From NCBI GenBank assembly GCA_027053075.1, contig JALUEE010000047.1:64001-128000 (forward strand): 64,000 bases of DNA, given 5' to 3'. Positions 57,075 through 64,000 of the stretch are shown here, piece after piece. The notes beneath the pieces were generated by a model. The model was not told the origin of the DNA. It searched no databases and saw only the letters and a program-made list of their open reading frames with translations. Position 1 is the first letter of the stretch; the number at the start of each line of letters is the position of its first letter. Position numbers and translations under genes: made by a program. Source of the stretch: a candidate division WOR-3 bacterium (GTDB lineage Bacteria; Hydrothermota; Hydrothermia; B15-G9; WFZT01).

Positions 57075-57872
57075 CTACTTTTTCTTCTGTTGTCCCGCCT
57101 CCTGCTCCTCAAACTGTTTGATAGAAGATTTAAAAGAAACAAGCCAGTCGTCAACCTTGACGCTGTCAGGCAACACAAACTTTGTTGTATCAACCTTTGT
57201 CGTATCTATTGAAACCACTTCCTGTATAATCTTGCCTTTGGCATCCACAAGCTTTATTGGCAGGTTATTCCAGACATACAATTTCGCCTGGACCTGCCCG
57301 GTTGAATCGTCCTTAATTTCGTAAATGTCACAGTTTAATCCGAGAATCTTCTCCTGTCCCACAGGCTTCAGGTTCTTGATAAAATCTTTGATTACAAGGC
57401 CCGTGGCTTCGGAATTTTTAAGTGCGTCTTTCTCCTGTGGAAGGCTGCTGATTAGGTGAGTTTTCGTGGCTTCACTTAGCTTACTCGAAACGATAATTTT
57501 TCTCATCTTTTCGATAACTCCCTCTGGATCGTTGGGGATTTTTGTTCCTCTCTTCGCCTGAAAATCAACGGAATAGATGTACTCAGGAGTGACCATAGAA
57601 AGTGCTCTTGTCTCAACATTTTGACCGTTGTAATTCATCCTCGTTATGGTGTACCGAGCCTCCCGGGCTCCGTAATTATCAATATATATATCCTGCTCCA
57701 CAGAGATACCCGGGTGTATCTCTGATTTACTCACAATTGTTGCCTTTTCGAAAGTGTAAATTTTGCCACTTTTCTTTAAGGCCCCTTTGGCCTGGGTCTT
57801 TGATTTTCCCTGATTACAGGAAACTCCTGCAAGTATTATCAATGCCAGAATCGGCACCATTGCTTTTTTCAT
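57075..57872 (-). CDS. Hypothetical lipoprotein (DUF4412-like)
   Basis: Lipobox AGVSC; GQEKILGLNCDIY motif. Confidence 0.65.
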   Translation of the reverse strand: MKKAMVPILALIILAGVSCNQGKSKTQAKGALKKSGKIYTFEKATIVSKSEIHPGISVEQDIYIDNYGAREARYTITRMNYNGQNVETRALSMVTPEYIYSVDFQAKRGTKIPNDPEGVIEKMRKIIVSSKLSEATKTHLISSLPQEKDALKNSEATGLVIKDFIKNLKPVGQEKILGLNCDIYEIKDDSTGQVQAKLYVWNNLPIKLVDAKGKIIQEVVSIDTTKVDTTKFVLPDSVKVDDWLVSFKSSIKQFEEQEAGQQKKK

Positions 57873-57926
57873 GAAGAATTACCTCCAGATGTTTTTGTCA
57901 AATATAAACCACAGGGGAGTTGCAAA

Positions 57927-58754
57927 TCAAATTTTCTCTAAATACTTCTTACGAAGCTCCTTTATCCTGTGGCGGTTTTTGAGAAAACGCGGAACCGAGG
58001 GCAGTATCTTACCCTCAAAATGCTCAATGACCTCCCTGTCTTCCCACCTGCGCTCAATATAAAACCAATTAATCTTTATCTCTCCATCCACTACCTCGAA
58101 CCTTCCCTTGCTGCCACAAACGGCACATTCAACGGTATCCTTATCCACAAACCGAAACATGTTCTGACCGCAGGAGGGACATACCTTTTCGTATACCGCT
58201 CCCTCACCTTCTACAATTAGCCTTCCAGCCTGATGTGCCCTCTTGATAACATCCTCGTCAAATAATACTTCTCCAGGCCCCTGACCGTACGCAATAAACT
58301 GGTCCACGATCCTGAATCCCAGCGAAAGCAAAAAGACTGCCATCTGCGGCAAAGTAAAGGCTTCCCAATCCTTTACCCCGGCAACACCGATAGCAACAGC
58401 AGGTTTTCCACTGTTTGGTCTCCCTATTCCGTACATGTAGGCCATGCCTCTATCGAGCAGCATTTTAAGGATTCCCGGAACGCCAAGAATGTATGTGGGT
58501 GACCCGAGAACCAGGGCATCATGCTCACTTATGAGTCTATAAATTTTCATTGCATCATCCCTGTCGCTAAATATGCACTCTGAGTGCTTTATCACACAGT
58601 TTATACAACCTTCGCACGGATCAATCCTGTAGTCTGTTAATCTTATAAAATTTATCTCTGCTCCTCTCTCCCAGGCACCCATCAGAGCCTCTTTAACAAG
58701 GAGCTCAGTATTGCCAAACCTCCTTGCACTTACTGATATACCAAGAACTTTCAC
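57927..58754 (-). CDS. Iron-sulfur flavoprotein / flavodoxin-like with C-terminal Zn ribbon
   Basis: SARRFGNT, CEGCINC..C, GSPTY; CPSC..CAVC. Confidence 0.88.
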   Translation of the reverse strand: MKVLGISVSARRFGNTELLVKEALMGAWERGAEINFIRLTDYRIDPCEGCINCVIKHSECIFSDRDDAMKIYRLISEHDALVLGSPTYILGVPGILKMLLDRGMAYMYGIGRPNSGKPAVAIGVAGVKDWEAFTLPQMAVFLLSLGFRIVDQFIAYGQGPGEVLFDEDVIKRAHQAGRLIVEGEGAVYEKVCPSCGQNMFRFVDKDTVECAVCGSKGRFEVVDGEIKINWFYIERRWEDREVIEHFEGKILPSVPRFLKNRHRIKELRKKYLEKI

Positions 58755-59713
58755 TCTTCACCTCTCTTCAAAATTCTTAATTTCTTTGGACGCGACAATT
58801 TTTCGTCCATCTTATAGACCGTTCTGTAGGATTTCCTGACAAACCACGGCCAGTCCTGGCCGCTTTTATACCATTTCTTTAACCACTCGAGTGTTGCATC
58901 CTCATTTGTATTCCCGCTTCCTATGGTCAATCCTTCCACTTCATACTCTGGATTCTCTCTTATCTTCTCAAGTGTTTGAATCTGCAGCCATTTCGCAATT
59001 ATAGCCGCAAGACGGGTTTCAAGATAAACATCCTCTGATTTGGTGGCAATTACTACCTCCGCCCCCTGGCTTTTAAGTTCACCTGTAAATTCCCGTAATT
59101 CATCGGAAACCCCATAATCGTCAATTACAATTCTTGATTTTTTGGCCTCGATTCTCGAAGGGAAAATCCTTTTTAAAACCCTGATGTAGGTCACGTTAAG
59201 AAGCTCGTTTATATTAAATTCATCGATGTCATCCGGGCTGATCCGCTCCTCGATGTAGAAAAACTTACCGTCCATAATTGCCTCTAATTCGCCGTAAATC
59301 TGGTTCCAGAACTCCACTCCGTGTTTCCTTTTTGTATCTGTATTGCCGACAATACTTTCGAGTGTTTTGAAACGACTCTTGTGGAAAACAACACCCACCA
59401 CGTGGAGATACCCGAAAATTTCGCCCTTACCAGTCTCATCAAGTCCCACACACCATGTTTTTGTGGGAGGTTTGTAAATGTGTCCAACAATTTTTTCGAT
59501 TTTCTCAATAACTTCTCTAACCTCATCGTCATTGGAGGGAGTAGCGTACATCGTGCCGCTTGTGTAATATGTGATGTAACAGTCTTTTAGCTTAAAACGC
59601 CAGACTTCAAATGGGGCCTTTGTTTCAATTTGCTCTGCACCGCTTTTTACGAGTATATCCTTAATTCGAGAAGCTTTATCTTCGTCTATGTTTTTCCAGG
59701 TTCTACCTCTCAT
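58751..59713 (-). CDS. Ribonuclease HIII-like (TBP-like N-domain plus RNase H2 fold)
   Basis: N-terminal ITYYTSGT; VGLDETGKGE, IDDYG, KSED, AAIIAK. Confidence 0.78.
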   Translation of the reverse strand: MRGRTWKNIDEDKASRIKDILVKSGAEQIETKAPFEVWRFKLKDCYITYYTSGTMYATPSNDDEVREVIEKIEKIVGHIYKPPTKTWCVGLDETGKGEIFGYLHVVGVVFHKSRFKTLESIVGNTDTKRKHGVEFWNQIYGELEAIMDGKFFYIEERISPDDIDEFNINELLNVTYIRVLKRIFPSRIEAKKSRIVIDDYGVSDELREFTGELKSQGAEVVIATKSEDVYLETRLAAIIAKWLQIQTLEKIRENPEYEVEGLTIGSGNTNEDATLEWLKKWYKSGQDWPWFVRKSYRTVYKMDEKLSRPKKLRILKRGEE

Positions 59714-62700
59714 TCTTCTTCAAGGAGGGAGCCAAGGAGTTCATCAACGACCTCTCTCATATCCGCCTGGCGTTTTTCATACCTGACAGTAGAATTCAGA
59801 TACATAAGAAATTCGTCCGTCCTTTCTTTAAAGGCCTTATCCGCAATATTAAGCACTTTAGTATCATATTTTCCTGATTGCATCATCTCTCTGAGTAAAT
59901 CTTCCAGATCCCCAGCAGTTCTCTGGGGCTTCTTAATTATGTTGTTCTCAATCTCGTCTGCCACTCCAATTATCCTGGCACCAAGAGATATCTGGCCTCC
60001 AGCGAGCTTTTGGGGAAATCCTGAGCCATCTATTCTTTCGTGGTGTTCTTTAACCCATCTTGGTATACTACCCCCACAGGGCAAGCCAAGGTTTTTCAGC
60101 AAATCAAATCCGAAAATCGGGTGTTTTTCATAGTACTCCCAATCCAAAGAATCCTTTTCCATTGTTTCAGGGGGTCTTATAAGGAAAGATGAGGGTATCT
60201 TTATCTTACCTATATCATGCAGTATCGCACCTGTTACAAGACACAATCTATCTGAACTCTGGATAAAATCATCTTCGGAAAATCCATCTCTCTCCATCAC
60301 CTCCAGCATCTTTTTAACAATAATTGCCACATTAATACTGTGTCTGGCAACAATCGGTGATTTCTCAGCAATTATATTGAGCAACATTGTAATAAGCCCG
60401 ATAATTGCCCTATTTCTCGAAAGCTGTTTCTTATAAATTTCAGACACATCGTGTCCAATAACAATGTACTCATGTGAATCCCCTACTTTAATTTTCTTAA
60501 CCACAAGCTTCAGCCAAGTCTCTTCGCCTCTCAAATCTACAGTTACAATATCCGTCCCCTCTTCCTCTTCTTCCAGATCAAACAGGGCCTCAATACTTTC
60601 TTTATCCTTCTCCTTAACAGCTTCGTGCAGGATATTTATAACGTCTTCACCCTCAAGCTCTTTCCGCTGAAATAAATTTTTTGCCTGGTTATTTGCAATA
60701 ATTATCCTGTGGTCCTCATTAGTAAGAATAAAAATGTCTTTTGAGCGTTTGTAAAATTCTTCAAAAAGCCTTTCAACTTCACTGGCAGCAAGTGCTTTAT
60801 GAAAAGTTTCCACATGCTCAGCAACTGTCTTGGCCAGATGTTGAAATACATTCTCAACTTCTTCCTTTATAGGATCATCTTCAAGAACAGAAATAGCCTG
60901 AACAAATCTATGAAATTCACCTTCCCCCTTAGCGAGCATTACTATGACGCCGATATTCTCTCCTGTTTCCACAAGGGAGTGAATAGGGATTCTCAACGCC
61001 CACTCAAATTTCTTTTGTCTCAGAGCTTCAGCTTCCTGTATCTCATTAATATTGATAAGAAGAACATCATTTGAAGAAGCTCCAAAACCATTGAGAATCT
61101 CAACAAATTTACATAGTCCATCCACAGATTCAAGATTACTGCTTATCTGACAATAACGATGATCCGTTTCAGGATCAGAGGGTACAGCAATCATACCATC
61201 TGAGAAATTTAGACGATCAACGAGTTTCTCGAGAACGTAATCATAAAACCTGTATGTAGATTCCCAAGGATGTTTATCCCAATGAGTCCCAATGGTCTCT
61301 GCTAACTCCACACTCGCCTCAAGTATTTTCCTTAAGTAAAAGTTTCTCAGTTCATTCAGTTTTTCCTTCGTCCTATCCTCGAAAATCCAGACATAAACTG
61401 ATATATTAAATATGTTTACGGGAATACCTGAGATAATCAGGTACTTTTCCTCTCCGATTGGGAGTCTAATCCACTTATCCAATCTTGCCGGACGGTTGTT
61501 TCTGATATACTCAAAGACTTTATCCACAACTTTCTGGTTGTCCCTCAAGCCCGGGATAATTTCTAAATGAGCATCCTGGACCTCGTCAATCGGGACGTTA
61601 AAAATCTTCCCAAACTTCTCATTAACATAAAGAATTTCCCCCTCACGGTCTACAGCGGCCACTCCAGCATCACCATGTGACAGGCTAAGCTCGTCTGCAA
61701 GGTTCTCAATATATTTCTCAGGAGACAGAATTGAAAGTTCTATCAGGTCTCTCAAACTTTTTGCAAAAAATTTGATCATATACCTTTCCTGAACGTCCAA
61801 AATATCAGGTCTGTCTGCACATAGGACACCATAAGTTGTTTCCCTTAGACCTTTGAGAAACTCTGTTATACTATATAGAGTTTTCGCTGTTTCTATATCG
61901 TCAAAGTTTCTGTAGAGACTTAAAAAATTCTCGGCTTTGTAACCGTCAATACATTTCTTCTTTTCCTTATCGCTGGCTTTAAAGCCGTAGATAATTCTGC
62001 TCTTATAATCGCCGTTTACCGTTCTATGAACAAAAATAAATGGGATTTCGTCTTCAAACTTCCAATGGCGAGCGATATAAAAAGGCACAAAAAGCAAACT
62101 CCTTAGATTTAAAATCCCGGAGAATTTTTTCAAAATTTCCGTAAGAGGGACCAAAAACTCACCTTTAGACTGAGCCCCAAATGACTGGAGCTCCTCTATT
62201 AGATTGTTAAGCTTTTCAAAAAGCTCCTCCGCTTCAGATGTAAAAGGCTCATGGAAAACGATAATAAAACCATCTCTCTTATTGTCTGCCCGAATCCTCG
62301 GAATAATCGAGACTGATCTTTGCAAAACAGTACCGTCTGGCAGGGCAATCTTTATCCCCCTGGTCGTCATGTACCCACCACTAAAAAGCTCTTGACTATC
62401 AAAGCCTGGAGCAATTTCTCTCAAAAATTCATGGACGTTTAGATTTAAAATCTCTTCAAGAGTGTATTTATTTTGCAGAAAATTCAAAAGCAAGTCGTTG
62501 GCATAAACTATTTTCTCTTCATCATCGACTATTAAAATCCCCAATCCCATAGATTCATAATCCTTAAGATCCTCTCTCTGCCTGTTTTTAATTCTCTCTC
62601 GCGTAAGCTTCACCATTTTTTCCAGAATTCGAGATTTCACCTTTTCCATCACATCTATGTTAAACTCAGGAACTACGTAAACATCAGGGATGTCATGTAT

Positions 62701-62934
62701 GGGAAGACCATCCTTGCTCACCACCACAACAACAAAATTGGGCTCCTCTCTGACACTCAGGCTATTTATTTTATCCAGCTTTTCGAGAAATTTATCCTTA
62801 TCGAGAACAATAATTCCTGCTTTGTTTTTATCTATGAACGTATCAAAGTCGGCTGGTCGTATATGGGGAAAAACTTCTTTGATAATTCTTTCGTACTCTT
62901 CCTTTTTTGAATTGGTCTCAACGAGAAATCTCAA
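59710..62934 (-). CDS. Multi-PAS sensor with HD-GYP phosphodiesterase domain
   Basis: Three PAS starts (IVYAN, ILYVN, IIIAN); HSINVA, LHDIGK, HHERIDGSGFP, IIGVAD. Confidence 0.88.
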   Translation of the reverse strand: MRFLVETNSKKEEYERIIKEVFPHIRPADFDTFIDKNKAGIIVLDKDKFLEKLDKINSLSVREEPNFVVVVVSKDGLPIHDIPDVYVVPEFNIDVMEKVKSRILEKMVKLTRERIKNRQREDLKDYESMGLGILIVDDEEKIVYANDLLLNFLQNKYTLEEILNLNVHEFLREIAPGFDSQELFSGGYMTTRGIKIALPDGTVLQRSVSIIPRIRADNKRDGFIIVFHEPFTSEAEELFEKLNNLIEELQSFGAQSKGEFLVPLTEILKKFSGILNLRSLLFVPFYIARHWKFEDEIPFIFVHRTVNGDYKSRIIYGFKASDKEKKKCIDGYKAENFLSLYRNFDDIETAKTLYSITEFLKGLRETTYGVLCADRPDILDVQERYMIKFFAKSLRDLIELSILSPEKYIENLADELSLSHGDAGVAAVDREGEILYVNEKFGKIFNVPIDEVQDAHLEIIPGLRDNQKVVDKVFEYIRNNRPARLDKWIRLPIGEEKYLIISGIPVNIFNISVYVWIFEDRTKEKLNELRNFYLRKILEASVELAETIGTHWDKHPWESTYRFYDYVLEKLVDRLNFSDGMIAVPSDPETDHRYCQISSNLESVDGLCKFVEILNGFGASSNDVLLININEIQEAEALRQKKFEWALRIPIHSLVETGENIGVIVMLAKGEGEFHRFVQAISVLEDDPIKEEVENVFQHLAKTVAEHVETFHKALAASEVERLFEEFYKRSKDIFILTNEDHRIIIANNQAKNLFQRKELEGEDVINILHEAVKEKDKESIEALFDLEEEEEGTDIVTVDLRGEETWLKLVVKKIKVGDSHEYIVIGHDVSEIYKKQLSRNRAIIGLITMLLNIIAEKSPIVARHSINVAIIVKKMLEVMERDGFSEDDFIQSSDRLCLVTGAILHDIGKIKIPSSFLIRPPETMEKDSLDWEYYEKHPIFGFDLLKNLGLPCGGSIPRWVKEHHERIDGSGFPQKLAGGQISLGARIIGVADEIENNIIKKPQRTAGDLEDLLREMMQSGKYDTKVLNIADKAFKERTDEFLMYLNSTVRYEKRQADMREVVDELLGSLLEEE

Positions 62935-62962
62935 ACCCTTTCAGCTCCCAGCTTTTTAAAAC

Positions 62963-62991
62963 AATTTAAAACTTTTTTACTCCCACGTCAA
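62963..62991 (-). promoter_or_regulatory. Promoter TTGACG-17-TAAATT
   Basis: Minus strand, upstream of the HD-GYP gene. Confidence 0.7.
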
Positions 62992-63000
62992 GCAAATGTC

Positions 63001-63123
63001 GAGCATGTTCGAAAATGTTGCCCCATCCTATTCTCCCCCATGCACAAAATTGGATCGAGTAGGAGATAGATGATGGGAATTCCTTTTAATTTCTAAATAA
63101 ATTGAAATTTTTCGAACACACCC
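63001..63123. mobile_element. Degenerate MITE copy (123 bp)
   Basis: GAGCATGTTCGAAAA / TTTTCGAACACACCC; TSD AGCAAATGTC / AGCAATTGTT. Confidence 0.78.
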
Positions 63124-63137
63124 AGCAATTGTTCCCA

Positions 63138-63800
63138 CTAAAATTCGCGCGTGAGTTTAACAAATCCCCTCAAAAGCCTTTCTGAAGATTCGGAACGCCA
63201 CCTCTCAGGGTGCCATTGGACTGCAATAACTTTGAATTCAGGATTTTCAATTCCCTCAATAATTTCGTCTTTAAGAGAATACGCTGAAACAGTTAAGCTT
63301 TCACCCGGTTTTTTAACACTCTCATGGTGGTGACTGTTTACCTCGATAATCTCCTCGCCAATGATACTATAGAGCATGGTATTCTTCACAATCCGGACCT
63401 TGTGCACCTTGTCCTTGCCCTCTTTGTCAGTGTGATCACCGGTAATAGCGCCAAATTCGTCTATATCCTGCCAGAGAGAACCGCGGAAAAATACATTGAT
63501 CAACTGCATCCCTCTGCAGATACCGAGAACGGGTATCTTCTCCTTTAAGGCTTCATCCAGGGCAAAGAACTCGAAATCATCCCGGGCATCAGAGACCTCT
63601 TCTGTCCTCAGGTTTTCCTCTCCGTATCTCCTCGCGTTGAGGTCACCACCACCTGAGAGTATCAGGGCATCGATGGATACACCAAGGTCCCTCTTTTCAC
63701 TCAGAGGGACAGGCTCGGCCACTTCTTCTACCCACTTAAAATAATTCTTATACTTTCCTGTTACCTCACGACTATCCGGGACTGTAATACCTATTCGCAT
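63138..63800 (-). CDS. Gamma-glutamyl-GABA hydrolase family glutamine amidotransferase (peptidase C26)
   Basis: LSGGGD, GICRGMQ, VNSHHH, QWHPE. Confidence 0.92.
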   Translation of the reverse strand: MRIGITVPDSREVTGKYKNYFKWVEEVAEPVPLSEKRDLGVSIDALILSGGGDLNARRYGEENLRTEEVSDARDDFEFFALDEALKEKIPVLGICRGMQLINVFFRGSLWQDIDEFGAITGDHTDKEGKDKVHKVRIVKNTMLYSIIGEEIIEVNSHHHESVKKPGESLTVSAYSLKDEIIEGIENPEFKVIAVQWHPERWRSESSERLLRGFVKLTREF

Positions 63801-63917
63801 GATGCATTAATATAATTTTCCTGGTATGTCATTTCCACCCCTTCCGGGTTTGCCTCGGAATACTGCCTTATTCCCCGCGCATTTTTACGTGAGAAAATTA
63901 CTCTCAAAAATCGGATA

Positions 63918-63931
63918 ATTCGAACAGGCCC
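63918..63931. repeat. MITE terminal remnant
   Basis: ATTCGAACAGGCCC resembles the family right end. Confidence 0.55.
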
Positions 63932-63939
63932 AAGTTTTG

Positions 63940-63993
63940 TTGTCCATTTAAACGGACAGGTTTATAATCGTGAACCAAATTCAGCAGGGAGGT
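63940..63993 (+). promoter_or_regulatory. Promoter TTGTCC-17-TATAAT and SD (GGAGGT) for a gene starting past the window end
   Basis: Boxes at 63940-45 and 63963-68. Confidence 0.75.
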
Positions 63994-64000
63994 GTAGAAT

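Noticed and set aside
17646..63123. Repeats as a CRISPR array or integron attC sites
   Set aside because: They are dispersed rather than regularly spaced, have TSDs and TIRs, and no cas or integrase gene is present.
63975..64000. Possible tRNA start at the window end
   Set aside because: Better explained as an SD (GGAGGT) followed by a start codon cut by the window edge.

Overview
A gene-dense 64-kb bacterial chromosomal segment. TonB receptor, PorV, a T9SS-type C-terminal sorting domain and an FCB-style SecA suggest an FCB-superphylum lineage, possibly WOR-3-like (inference only). Housekeeping content includes mreBCD-mrdA, mutS, def/fmt, yajC, secA, slyD, birA-coaX-thyX, uppP and an RNase HIII-like gene. 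It also carries a biotin carboxylase/BCCP/enoyl-CoA hydratase cluster, a GH38 mannosidase, an octaheme cytochrome c with a cytochrome b partner, an HTH-IrrE-PIN module, a TlpA-Omp28-Omp28-barrel-oxidoreductase operon, two tandem Wzc kinases and a PAS/HD-GYP protein. No rRNA, tRNA, CRISPR array, transposase or integrase was found. The most striking signal is non-coding: a ~120-bp MITE family with GAGCCTGTTCGAAAA-like ends and 9-10 bp target duplications. At seven or eight loci the target site ends exactly on the first base of a sigma70-type -35 box, and copies are stacked and nested. Other highlights are a 1.48-kb homogenised, compositionally skewed tract shared by the two wzc genes, and a SecA with an apparent internal NBD2 duplication plus a 4-Cys cluster but no C-terminal SEC-C motif.
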